NCBI GenBank assembly: GCA_013265495.1
Contig: MU058065.1
Span: forward strand, 10,519,720 to 10,583,719
Reading direction: 5' to 3'
DNA from: Vicugna vicugna
Taxonomy: Eukaryota
DNA: 64,000 nt
Positions 40,001 through 53,037 of the stretch are shown here, one piece after another; positions within the stretch are counted from its first letter, which is position 1, and each line of letters opens with the position of its first letter. The notes under the pieces were generated by a model that did no database searches, was not told where the DNA came from, and worked only from the letters and a program-made list of their open reading frames with translations. The translations under genes were made by a program, and so were the position numbers.

Positions 40001-41716
40001 TCCCATATTTATTGACCACTTTGATTATGTGTTTTTATTTCATTTTGTATTTAATCAAATAAGAAATTTTTTTTCTTTATTTGGGGCTTAAGACTGTGTT
40101 AAGTGTATTTGTTCATAATTTTCTTTTGATATTCTTGTTCACCACCTGATTCCTCAGAAGTTAATAATGTGGTATAGTGGAAAAAACATTCTTAAGAGGT
40201 ACACTGGCACAGGGCTGAACTGGAAAATTGACAAAATGAAAATGAATTTTATGTTCACTAGAGGCTCACAACCCCTCAGTTAAGAGCTAGTTCTAAAGAA
40301 TCATATACATTAGTTTAATATTTTAAGGGAAATTTAGTATTACTGATAATTTTGTACAGTTTGATCCTGATTTATTTTAAGAAATTTACATTACTGATAC
40401 TTGTTCCTATGAGGACATTCATTATTCAGAAGGCTTCTGCATAGTTTGTATGTATGTGTGTGTGTATGTGTGTCTCACAATTTATAAAGGTATCCAATGG
40501 GAAGATTATAGGATAACAATAAGTCATTGATCATTTCCAATGTTTAATGTGATGTGATGAGTACCTCAACCTTTTCAGTATTCCAAGTGTACCCACTTAA
40601 CAGCTAAATAAATTCACCTCTAAGCAGGTTATACGACTTAAAGAGCTAGGAACACTTGAGTAAGAAATGGATCCCAGACAGTCTTATTGCAATAAATTTA
40701 AACTGAATTTAACAAAAAACAAAATTAAATAAAGAAAAGAGTGTGAAGGTAAGCAAACCAAAAGAATGAAATAAGAAAGCAATAAATAAGAGCAAATGAC
40801 TGAATTGGCTAAGCCTATTAAGAGAAGACAGGTGTCAGGTAAATCACTAACGGTGTACATGTGATTAAAAGGTAGCAAAATAGGCAGCATTTGAAAAGAG
40901 AAGCAAGCATTCAGAATTAGCTTGTCCACATGAAGCTGGAAATTTAGAACTATAGACTGTGTTAGGAGTTTACCACTTAGAATGATTCTATATTCTAAAT
41001 TCTAATTGCAACATTTGGATTAATTGTGATTTTCTTTTCAATTGTAATTAACTTCAGTTTGTCTTCAACTTTACCCACTTTGTTCTACATTATTAATTAT
41101 AATATCAGTAAAACAAACAAGGCTAATCAGTGGCCTATAATTTCTAACACAACAAATTACTTACCACCACTGTTTCACCTAGTAGCTAGTGATCACTTCA
41201 AATTAAAACTGCATATCAGTTTAAAAATTATCCTCAAAACAAATGCCATGTACATGAGAAAATTAATAGTAAGTAATTTGACCACTTAATTATGGGACTG
41301 AAAATAAACTCAATGTTTACCTGAAGGTATTTGCTATTCATTTTACTTCAGACAAGTCTTACTTTTGTCAAGACACTCAATGAAGAACTTAATCAAAACT
41401 TGAATGACCATACTATTTTGCATATGTTATCCAAACATACATTTTGAAGAGTAATAGATAAATGATTTGTACATTTAAAAATAATTTCTAATTATGTGCA
41501 TTCACTGGAGAAAATACTTGGTTATCAGATGCATTTATAGTAAATATTTGGGGCAATTATAACCAATTTTAACAAAATTAATTTTTAATTAAGAACTGTA
41601 TTGTAAAGATACCACAAAATTGGTGTTTTACATATAAAAACATAAAAATCAACAAATTTCTAAACAAAACTATAAACATAAATTTGCTAACTAAAATTAA
41701 AAATTCTGTTACTTAA

Positions 41717-42181
41717 CATCAAAATGGTGAAAGATTCCACCCCCCTTGGCCTTGAGATTCAAGATGGAGAGAGATTTGACTTCTAGTAGATTGTGAGCTT
41801 CATTATATGCCCATTGTAATATATTAACATGGTAAATAACATGCCCACAGGCACCATGACAGTCCCAAGGCTAGCCACAAAAGGTCAAAGAGTGGGAAAT
41901 GGCCAACTTCCTGGGAATCCCAGCCCCTTCCCCAGGCTAGTTAGACTGGTCCTGCCACTTATTAGCATATGAAGCCACTGAGCCCGTAGAAACTGGCAAC
42001 AGGGTGCCTTGTGGCCGCAGCCCCTCTCTCTCCCTCTTCAGAGATGGCCCACACTCTTGTCTATAGAGTGTGTACCTACTTTTACTCTAATCTGAGCACC
42101 CAACCCCTACACCTCATGGCCTTTCTCTTGCCTTATGATGTATCTCTAAATAAATCTTCCTTTACTCAAAAAAAAAAAAAA
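41717..42181 (+). mobile_element. ERV1 (MER41-like) LTR U3-R segment retroposed with poly(A) tail and 18-bp TSD
   Basis: LTR-like motifs 'caagatggag', 'catgcccacaggcaccatgacagtcccaagg', 'ctatagagtgtgtac'; AATAAA at 42149-42154; A14 at 42168-42181; direct repeat AAAAATTCTGTTACTTAA at 41699-41716 and 42177-42194. Structure is certain; the family name is from recall. Confidence 0.85.
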
Positions 42182-42602
42182 TTCTGTTACTTAAATGATG
42201 GAAAAGTAAGACACTATTTTCTCTTTAAATGTTTGAACATTGGTCACCATAGTAACTAATAGGTGCATCGGGGAAAAAAATCATTCAAGTATATATTCTT
42301 GCAGGTGACTCCCACTCTCACATCTTTCTTTCAGCTGCCTTCGTATTTATTATTGGAACCAAAACAAATATTAGTGAAAAAAAGAACATTTCACTTGAAA
42401 AGCATTGCTTTCCAAGTAGCATTGACTTGTTAAATTGCATATAGTCAAAGTGGTAAATATACATTTAGCCTTTAGTCTGTAATATCAGCTCCTGCCTATT
42501 TAATTGTAATGGAACAATATTCCCTAGTTAGCGCATCTTGTCTTTTATGAAAAGCAGTTCTTTCTGGTGTTTCTTTCGAACACACCGTAGCTTATCTGGG
42601 GG

Positions 42603-42622
42603 GTGTGTGTGTGTGTGTGTGT
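42603..42622. repeat. (GT)n microsatellite
   Basis: Perfect GT run. Confidence 0.95.
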
Positions 42623-42744
42623 ACGTTTTTAGGAGTTAATCCAAAAGACTGTTGATTGAGTCATCATCATAACTAGTGGACAAAGAATAAAATATTTCAA
42701 TAAAGAACAATTTACAATTTCCCCTCTAATAATATTAATTGCTG

Positions 42745-42930
42745 TCATTTATTTTGACTTATACTTAAATCAACAAACCTCTAAGTTAGATATTTTACCC
42801 ACATTTCCTGAATGAGAGGTTAGATGCTCAGAAGCATTAAGTAACTTGACAACTATTTACAGCTAGTAATCATTGGAACTGGAATGCCAAACAATGCCTG
42901 TCTATTTATAAAACTAAAGACCTTCCACTG
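42745..42930 (-). mobile_element. MIR SINE
   Basis: 'aacaaacctctaagttagatattttacccacatttcctgaatgagagg...gctcagaagcattaagtaacttgac...cagctagtaa'. Confidence 0.75.
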
Positions 42931-43309
42931 CAATATTGTTGCTTTCTTATAACACATAGAAGCCAGATGGTAAATTGGAAATACATCAGGCAGAGAAGCT
43001 ATGGGTAAGATGGTAATTTTACTCCAATATTCATTTGTTTCCTCCATATGGAAATATAAATGTCAATTTTAGGTAGGCAGTTGACTGATTCTTACCATTT
43101 ATCAGCTTTGCATGTGGCTATGAGTTTTACCATGGTTAAATTCTGAGCAATGGGAAATAAGCAGAAATAATGTACATAATTTCTGAATCTTCTTAAAAAT
43201 GATGATACTTTCCCAAGGCTTTCTATTTTTTCTTCTTTTTGTGAGTTCATATACAGATGTAGAGGGAAACCAATTTAAACCATGCAGGATAATAACCAAA
43301 AGAATGCTG

Positions 43310-43490
43310 GTTCCTCAAGATATCAGGACTCCAGACGCCTGACTAAACCTGTGGTGTGAAACAACCTTGGCAGTCTTGGATTATTCACGTTTGGACTCCC
43401 CAGAGAGACAGAGAAATAAACTCATTTTTATTTACCATATTTTGGGCTCTCTTTGTTGAAAAAGATTGAATTTTACCCTAAATAATGTAG
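43310..43490 (+). mobile_element. MaLR LTR 3' fragment
   Basis: 'gagagacagagaaataaactcatttttatttaccatattttgggctctctttgttg...taccctaaataatg'. Confidence 0.55.
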
Positions 43491-45049
43491 GCTCTCATTT
43501 AAAACCTATTTCAGTTTGGTCTTTCCTAGTTATCTGACACCTAGAACAATTTCATTCACATGAAAAAAAATTAAAGAACCTATTACTGCCTTTAAGTCAT
43601 CTTATATCTTGGTTAATAATAAAAATAAAAATTAATAATAAAGGTGGGAGAGGCATTCTCATAGTTATCAAATATAAAGGATAAGGGAAGCAACTGCAGC
43701 TTAAAACAAATTCAGAGTTCCATAGCAACCAAAACTAAAAGTGAAACAATATGGATTCCTTACTTTTCCTTGCCCATAGAACAAAACATAGCAGTACATC
43801 AGCAGTAACAATTTTTTCTAAACTTAAAATTATGAGAAAATTTTATTGCACTACCTTTTAGGCCAGAAATAATTAACAGTATAATTTATGATTCCATGCA
43901 TAACATTTTTACAAAATGCAGGAGTATTGGATGTATGACCATTTCTTATTTTGACTTTGGGGGTAAAATGTTAGGATGCACTTGGGTAAATGTCCAATTT
44001 TACAGTGTCCTCTCAATACATACATCCTGTTGAGGATGGACTTTTTCATATATATGTAGTCTTATTAAAACCAAGTTAATTGATTACTTTTGTGTAATTA
44101 ATATATTGCTTTTCTGCATGTGGAAATTGTTTAATATTTATATTTTCTCTTCTGTGTTTGAAAAATCAATATTTTCTTTAGATTCAAATAATATTGAAAA
44201 GCAAGTAATATTATTTTTGAGTTTAAATATAGCATATGCTTTGAAGAACTCAAGAGGTAAACAGAAAAGCCCCTTCTGTGTAGATTATTTGATGTTAAAA
44301 TGTACACTTTAACAACTTTGTACATCATGAGGACTTCATGTAGGCAGTAAGTGAAAACTTGTGGTAATGAGAATTAAGTATAAAATTTGTTAACTTCACT
44401 AAGGAAAAATTCGCTTGACTTGGGTAATTCAGGCAGATGCTTGTTATTAATTTTAGTCCCTCTGTTTCTTCTAGAATAATTTTGTTTCACTTTAAATTTT
44501 GACAATAATGATGGAATAATGGTGATTTAGAACAATAATGACCAGCCATCTTTGAAATACTTATATTTATAATGTTCACAAATTAGTATCTGTAGTCAAA
44601 TTCTCAAGATTATTGATGTTTAGATAACTTTTGTATAAGTATATATGAATTACTAAATTTAGTAAGGCCCATTGTCCATGCAGTGTATCTTCACTTCTGT
44701 TACCATGCCGAATGACCTGTTAGACTTACAAGCATCTGTTTTCTTCTGAAGATATTATCCAAATAAGCTAAGAAAGTAGCTTTTGGATTTATATTCTTAC
44801 ATATATCTTCACCCCTAATAAGTATTTTATGTACATTAAAATTGTCCTTGTTTTTGTTTGTCCATAATTTTTTAAGCTTCAGTAAGATATTTTTCTGTCA
44901 TTCCAGGGACCCCTGAATTCTACCCTAGGCCTTCATAATTTTACAGATTATAAACATACTTGTTCTTATTCTAGGTTCTCCCAGGTTAAAAATTTAAATG
45001 TATTCTACTATTTTTCCTTCATTTGACCTTTTATTTTTTTTTGGTTTTG

Positions 45050-45500
45050 CTCTCTGTCAATTTCTCCTCTTAAAATTTTTTCCCTTTATTCATATATTTA
45101 ACTATATATTTTCTTTGGAGAATATGAAATATATCTTGGCTTCTTCCCAAAAGTAAGTTAATGTTTTGTTTGGGACCTTGAACTTTTCCATGGACCTTTT
45201 AATTGTAGCAGCATAATGTCCACTGAAGATGACTACCATGACTTCAAATCTCTTTTATGGGTTATAACAGATACTATGAAATTAATCATCCAATTTATCA
45301 AGTTTGGATTAATTTTTATCTAAATACATACTTTGCTTTCCCCTAAATAGAAGCTCATTTGTCAATACATATCTATTTCTATTCTTTCATTCCTTCTGGG
45401 CAACCTACCCCTTACCAAATTTGAGGAATAAGTAGATGATTTTCTGTTCTCTCCTCCATAATTTACTCACTGGAGAACTATTGTCATTGTCACAGCAATC
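45050..45500 (-). mobile_element. Possible ancient CR1/L3-like LINE remnant
   Basis: 'tttttatctaaatacatactttgctttcccctaaatagaagctcatttgtc' and 'ccatgacttcaaatctctttt' loosely resemble antisense CR1 RT sequence. Confidence 0.3.
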
Positions 45501-45904
45501 ATCAGTTTTCAGTCTATTTAAAGGTTTCATAAGTACAGCTGAAGAACTGGCCTGTTTTCTCTATTTTTATGAATGAAAATGCATTGAAAGACTGGCTAGA
45601 ACATCTAGCAGAAATATACTTACCTTTTAATTTTTTAAATTCTGTCTCCATTTTCAGATGGTCACTATATGTATATTAAAGTTTAAATAATTGCCACAAG
45701 TATGGAGATGGTACAGAGGTTCACACTATAGACGTGCTCAAATCAGTCACTTTTGTTAAATTGCTATACGTCGATATAATTTGGAGTTTCTTATGAATTC
45801 CATGCAGCTCTCAGCCCATGTTACTCTGTGTACATATTTTCATGGTGTACATTCCACCTTTCAGTATGCAAAGCACATAAGTGTACAGTCTGCAGTTATG
45901 GGGA

Positions 45905-46140
45905 GTCAGCAGGGTATGGTGGAAAGTACAGAGAATTTGAGTTTGTTTTGCCGAATTCAATCTCTGCTGCTAAAACTTACAAGTTCTTGTTAATTTTAGC
46001 AAATTACTTACAACCTTGGAGCCTCAATTTCTTCAAGTAGAAGTTATACCATTGTATTTCTACCGGGTTGCTTTGAAGATTACAGATTAGGTAAGCATCC
46101 ACTCATCAATTACAGTTAATAAATTCTAGCCACTATCATT
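45905..46140 (+). mobile_element. MIR SINE
   Basis: 'agggtatggtggaaagtacagagaatttgagt', 'gcaaattacttacaaccttggagcctcaatttcttcaagtagaa', 'gggttgctttgaagatta'. Confidence 0.8.
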
Positions 46141-46800
46141 ATTATAATTGCCCACTGCAAGTACTGAAACAGGTAGTAATCCATGTCATAGTCTCCAGAG
46201 AATACCGACTAGGATTTGGCTTTTATTCATTTTAAAATAGATGGCAGTGATCAGTTTATTGAGTGGCTATGCATGGTGACATAGGTGTTTTCCAGAATTT
46301 AAAAAATTAAGGAATGCAAAGTGTTGTTATTGTCTTAAATATCCAGATGAATGGTGAAAAATAAAACCAGGTAAGTATTTTAGTCCATATTAGTGGAAAT
46401 GTGCTCCATGAAACACTAGCAATTAAGCTGTTACTAGTTTTTATCTTAAAAATATTAATCAAAAAGTTCTTATTCAGATAATTTGAAAAATATTTTATAT
46501 TCTTTCTTGGAGATTAAGATATTTATTAACATTGGGAGAGTCTCTTCAGTCTGAAATCATTTCTCAAAAAATTAATTAGACTTAAAAATATTATTAAAAC
46601 CTGTTTTCCACAGAATACCTAATTACTCATGTATCACAGTCTTGAAAGATGGCCTGGGAAGTGTCACAATTCATAATGCATTAAAAAATATTATTGTACC
46701 TTTAAGTCCAGTACCTTTCATGATACTCACAGGTATATGACAGTGATTAAGAAATACTTTTGAGTGACTAAATAAGTGCTTGACATTTTACATATGTACA

Positions 46801-46802
<2 letters not shown>

Positions 46803-46831
<29 letters not shown>
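46803..46831. repeat. (TA)n microsatellite
   Basis: Perfect AT run. Confidence 0.95.
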
Positions 46832-49800
46832 ACTATTTAATCTCTATATTTTATTATTTTAGAATTTACTAAGCACACCAAACCACAGATCACACACACA
46901 GAATGAAACACTGAAGTAACTATTTTCATAATTCAAGAATCTCGTGAAATATCCATGAATAACAATTTTAGCATACACTTTCTCTTAGTTTGCATTATTT
47001 TGAAATTTTTCCTAGTTCACTTTGAATATATGGAGTCTGTTTAGGCATATATTTTGCTGTTGTATTTATTGTACTTTTAATTTGTTATTAAAAATACTGT
47101 TTGAGTGCTAGCTTTCATAAATATTGTAATTGGCACTACACAGACTGATTGCAGTATCAGTGAATTTCTGTATATTTTAGTATGTATGTATGCTGCAATT
47201 TGCATTCTGGTTGCAGCAAAGGAGAAAAGGCAAAAGACGTAGTTTTACACAACATTTAACAAGACTATGTTTCATTACAGAAGCAGAGGAACTGAACTCT
47301 GGTGTTAGGTTCTCTGAGGAATACTAAAAGTAAGAGAAGTGCATTAATATTAAAGCCATTTATACAATTTTCAGACAGTTACAAAAGGTCTAAATACCTT
47401 GTTCTTTCTTTGCTGAAGGAGCAGAATGGTAGATCTGTGACCTTCGTTATTTACAATAAAAAGATTCCTTATTCTAAAACCTACAGAATTTACCAAAAAG
47501 TCATGAACTTGTACTAACCAAATCCAAGCCGTTTGGAAGTAAATTAATTAACCATAATTTGATAATGGAATATTTTATTTAGAAGAAATAGTCTCATGTA
47601 GAAGAAAATTTTAGAAATAGAGTTAAATAGAAGTGGACGCTGTTCAATAAAATTTTTTTCTTTTTCTACTTTATATTCAGTACATATCTTAGAACTTATG
47701 ATCTGTATTGATGTGACAAGTTATATATTAGAAGTATGTTTAAGCGGTAGAATAAATCAATTTGAGGTAGGAAATACTCAAGATTTAAAGTCTACTCTTC
47801 TTTAACAACAGAAATATGTTTAAAACACTTCATAAACACATTTTGGTCATTCTCAACTTGCAGTGAAATATTTTAGGAGGGCACTAGGGCAATTCAGTTG
47901 ATTTCAGATGTAACATGTTGACTTTTACATCACCAAGGCACATATTCACAGAATGATGTAATCATCTGGAAGTATTCCTTTAATAAAAAATTTAGGCTGT
48001 GGCAGGACATACTAATGTCTTATACTCAGGCATGATTGATTCATCTACTGATTATGCTTCCCCTAAAATTCAGTGTATGTATGTGTCTGTACATTTTGCA
48101 TACGTTCTACATTACTTTCCAAGAATGTTTGCATTATTTCTGAAACTTCTATAATGTCCACATTTTTCCGTGTGGTATTTACACCATAGATAGAAAAAAT
48201 GTTGTATGTTTAATTTTGTATACAAATGTAAATTCAAAGGAACTAATTTTGAATAGAAAACTAATTTTGAGTGACAAATGAATTTAGAGATTATACACTT
48301 AAAAGATATGTGATGAAACTTTAATAACTCTCTGAAGTATTAACCTTAAAAACATTTTTAAAAGATATTGAATTAAAATTTTATTGATTACTTCCCCAGA
48401 AATGGAAAGTTCCATGGATATTTGAACATGCTAAAGGATAATCAAATAAAATACCGACTCATTATTTCAAAAAGATATAATCAAACTTCTGAGAGAAACA
48501 AAAAAGAAAATATCTAATTTTAATAAATGTACACCTAATTTAGTAATCTCAGTCTTCATAATTTATAAACCAAAAGAAATATTTTATTTCTAGCTTTAGA
48601 ACATACTCTAAGGAACTTGTTATTTAACCAACTAAGGAGGTAAAAGAAAAAAAAAAGTTTATCATATTCAGTAAAATTTAGAAGGATTTTGAGAAACAGG
48701 TCAATTTGTTCCAAGACAGTTCACAGAATACCCAAAATAAAGGTATCTAGAAAAATGAATACGGTTTATGAAAATTAAAAAAGAAAGGTTAAGATGGGTG
48801 AAACAAAACAAAAGAAAACAAATGGTATGTAGGGTGTTTGAGGAGCAAAAGTAGTAGCTTGGCTACAGCAGCATGACCCTGGGTAAAGAAAATGCAATAG
48901 AAATATTTCCACAAACCAAAATTCTACATAAAAAATCTAGATTAATCAAGTTAACTCACAGGGAAACTTTTCTGGTGCTTTTGAGCCAATGATTCACCAG
49001 TCCTCCCTACTGAAGTGATCTACCTGGACCATTCTGTTAGAGATACACAATGGTCCAAAATTCTCTTCCCTACCCTAAATGTACCCTGTCCCCATCAAGA
49101 CAACATAATCTGCTTATCTCTTATTCCCCTATTCTGGAATTATCTTTGTCTCCCAACACACACTAGTAGCTCAGTGTGTTAAGTCTAATGGCATAGTTAT
49201 ACTTAACAGTAGTTAAAAATAATAATTATGATAATATTCTAGAAATACAGTACCTTAAACCAAAATAGACAAATATTATGGAAATTGTTGGCAAATTGAG
49301 AAAAAAGTTGTTGGCAAATTGAGAATTAGTAGGAATAAAAGGATCTTTTAAAATTTGTTTCTATGTTCCAAACCCACCCTCAAATACTCAGCTTAATGAG
49401 ATTTTTTGTGATTTGTAATAGTACTATAATCTGCAGTGATCAACCATTAAGACAGTAGCCTTTTGATCAGAACACTCTTCTGAATGTTTAAGTGGATATT
49501 CTTTGAAAGGTTTTAAAATAATTTTATTAGATTAATTTGGACTTATAGTTTATTAGATTCATGAACTCTATATACCTACAGTGATTCTCAGTGCTTAATA
49601 ATATTAACTCTATTTGTTAATCCTGACTTCATAGAGTTTATAAAATGTGATAGAATTTTTTTAATTAATTGGACAGGATAATGAAATTGTAACTCAAAGA
49701 ACATCAAATTCTCAGAATTGTGAAAAATGTCAGTGTATATTGAAGTTGATAATGTGTTAACAGACATGTTGTTAACTTTTTAAAACTCTCTCACTGTTAG

Positions 49801-51457
49801 TGTTTACTCCTGAATTTGGGTGAATTGTTTTCTCTCTGCTAACACTGTAACACCTTCTCCAAGTCTTGAAAAGTCTTATATTCCTGGGGTGTAGGGAAAA
49901 TATGAGAATATATTCACCACATTTTGGCAGCATATTTAGGAAAAACTAGAAGTATAATTACTTTCAAAGATACTTATTTTGTTTTATAAAAAGAAATCAA
50001 GATGATCCTTCATTTAGGATATCCACTGAGGACAGAGCAAAGTGTCTTAGTTTATTATAATTTTTCTACGGAAAATTTAGTTTTCCCTTAAGAAATCCAT
50101 GAGAAGAGGCAGTTTGCTCAAAATGGCTGAATCATACTTCTTAGGACGCTGTCCCAAGAAGCAGATGCTTTCCATCTTCATCTGCAGCTGAAGTGTTATC
50201 ATTAATACCTTTACCAACCATGCTCTGTAAATTACAAGCATGCTCCATTTAGTTCCGTTTTTGAAATAGTATTTCAGTTTTAAGAAAGTGATTCTACATG
50301 ATTTTTAACTTTACTTCAGCTCCCTGGGACCACTCTCCTTTGCATATGTGTGACTATTTTCCCTTAAACTAAGTGAAATGTAGCTGTGAATATCAGTAAA
50401 TAAATGGGATATTGTTAATTTAGGTAGATGAATAGATATGTAAATGGTTTGCTAAAATATTTTTAAAGTGTTATTAGGAAGAACATTATTCACCATCCAA
50501 AGTCATGTTCTCCCTTAGGTTATTTGACCACCCCTGGGATTAGTATTGGAATAGTTTTAGAGCTCGGTTTTTATTATAATCTTGAAGCTTAAATCTCACT
50601 GAGTACAAAGTGTATTTGTTCAATAAAAGCATTAGACTATTACCATCAGTTAACAAAACTCTCCAGCATGCATATGGTTACTAAAGTAGTAGGAAGACAT
50701 TATTCACCTGCATAGGTTCATTTGATCAAATGTTTCCAAGGCCTTCTTAATAAAATGTGTGTATATTCACATCAGTTCCTCTAGATACTGCCTAAGGCAA
50801 AGAACTGCAAACTTAATTTATTCTCCTTAAAAAGAAGAAGAAAGTTATAACTATAATCAGGCTATGAACTAATTGAAGCTCCCAGATGACAATGTAGCAC
50901 AAGATTTTGTATTTCTACTTTATGAAGAAGTCTTTATTATCAAATAGAGAAAGCACAAATAAAATAAACTACAATTTAAATTCATATGCATATAATTATA
51001 ATTTTTGGAAAAAAAGGATATTTTTTGCATTTAAATTTTATTTTCCTGAAATTTGTCTTTCTTTTGGAGTAAAGGGAAAGATAAACTGAACAAGATAATT
51101 AAAATGATAAACTTTTCAAGTACTCAGAACAGTTGAAGAAGGATTATGTAATACAGTCTTAAAGGGAATGGTTGTAACAAACAAATAAAAATGACCTATA
51201 ATTACCCTATGAAGTTATATTAGTAAAGTTATGGGGAAGAATAAATTAATGTTTTACTTTAAAAATCTATATGCTTAAATATCATTAGATGATCTCTTAG
51301 AAAACAAAACACAGGGGTCAAATCTTCATGGACAAACACAATTTTTTGTCAGTATTATCCAGTGTCTCCTTATACTGCTACTTAATTTGTATAGGTGGGT
51401 AGAATTTTATGATAATACTAGTTTAAACTTCTGAAACTCTGGCTTACCTATGCAATT

Positions 51458-52910
51458 GGGGAAAAAGTTTCTTGAAATTAGTGTTGGTAAAGATTTTTCG
51501 ATTTGATACCAAGATTGTAAGCAACAAAAGTATAAATAAACAAATCGGACTGTATCAAATTAAAAAGTTTCTGCACAGCAAAAAACCCCATATAATTCCC
51601 CTTATACACTAATATTTCTCCTTCTGTAGCTGTATGAGAAGCAAATCTTTGGAACAGTAGATAAATTGTTATAAAACACCAGAGAGAGAGAGAGAGAAAA
51701 AAAAATACTATATCTTTTAACTAAGAAAAGTCAATACTCAGGTAAATGACTATATCAGGATTTCAGCTGCATGTTAGTCCATAGAGTTGTCCAGATCCTA
51801 AATTAATTCATAAAATAAAATATTGATTAATTGTTGGTCATTCCTCATAAGCATAGCTGTTGATATGCATCAGGTTATTTGCTTTTTTAAATTTTATTAA
51901 AATTATGTAAAAATACTTTTTTTCCAGGGAGAAAAAAAAATATCAAAAAAGAGAAAGATTAAATTATCCATACTGTTTTTTGTTTTTTTAAACACTTTTG
52001 GGTTTTCCCCTTGGGAACTATAGAAATATTCCCTTAGAATAAAATAGTATATTTGTATTTCAAAAAAAAAAAGCAACCTATGGAACCAGGGAAACTATCT
52101 TTCTCATAAGGGATTAAGATTCAAAATATATAATGAACTCATAACACTCAATAGCAAAAAAACAACACAAGACAAAAAATATTTTTAAAAATCCAGTTTA
52201 AAAATGGGCAAAGGACTTGAATAAGTATTTTTTCCCAAAGAAGATATAACAAATGATGAACAAGTACAATAAAAGATGCTTGATATCACTAATTATCAGG
52301 GAAATGCAAATCAAAACAACTATGAGATACCGCCTTATATCTGTTAGAATGGCCAATATTAAAAAGACAAGAAATAACAAATTATGGTGAATCTGTGAAA
52401 AAAAAAAAAAGGGAATCCTTCTGCACTGCTGATAGGAATGTAAATTGGTGTAGCCACTATGGAAAATATTTCAGCCATGAAAAAGAAAGGAATTCTGTTT
52501 TTTGCAACATCATGGACAGATCTTGAAGGTATTATGCTCAGTAAAAAAAGTTAAGAGAAAGCTATGTACTGTGTATCTTCACTTATATGCATAAGCTAAA
52601 ATAGCTGAACTCAGAATGGTGTCTATCAGGGGCTGGATGTGGGGAAAATGCGGAGATGTTTGTCAAATGGTACAATCTTCCAGCCATAAGAAAAATGACT
52701 ATAATTAACAAAGCTGTATTACATACTTGAAAGTTGTCAGGATAGTAAATATTTAATGTTATTACTACATACTCAAAAAAAGATGATTATGTGAGGGAAT
52801 GGAGGCGTTAACTAATCTTATTGTAGTAATCGTTTCACAGTATATACATTGCACACCTTAAACTTACCTGTGCTAATGCCAATATTATCTCAGAGCTGGA
52901 GAAAAAAAAA
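51458..52910 (+). mobile_element. 5'-truncated LINE-1 (L1MA9-like), ORF2 C-terminus plus 3' UTR and A tail, interrupted by a ~470-bp non-L1 insert
   Basis: 'atcaaattaaaaagtttctgcacagc', 'ttaaaaatgggcaaaggacttgaata', 'atcagggaaatgcaaatcaaaac', 'catggacagatcttgaaggtattatgct', 'ttatgtgagggaatggaggcgttaactaatcttattgtagtaatc', 'agctggagaaaaaaaaa'. Confidence 0.9.
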
Positions 52911-52934
52911 GAAATGCAAAACAAAACCAAAAAC

Positions 52935-53035
52935 TCCGGGAGAACCACCACTGGGTTATTTCTTGATTCTTGAAGTCCCTAGCCAATCTGCCTTCTCTCC
53001 ACCTTTCAGAGTCTTCTTATGTTTGTTTTACACAT
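52935..53035 (-). mobile_element. Short old L1 5'-end fragment, antisense
   Basis: 'gtccctagccaatctgccttctctccacctttcagagtcttcttatgtttgtttta' resembles a recalled L1M 5' terminus. Confidence 0.55.
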
Positions 53036-53037
53036 TA

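Noticed and set aside
46347..46370. Possible 24-nt microexon (cag|ATGAATGGTGAAAAATAAAACCAG|gtaagt)
   Set aside because: Stop codons in all three frames and a weak pyrimidine tract.
47191..47218. 8-bp inverted repeat enclosing the octamer ATTTGCAT
   Set aside because: Too short to distinguish from chance in 64 kb of AT-rich DNA; not miRNA-like.
49285..49325. 18-bp direct repeat TTGTTGGCAAATTGAGAA
   Set aside because: Simple local tandem duplication with no inserted element between the copies.
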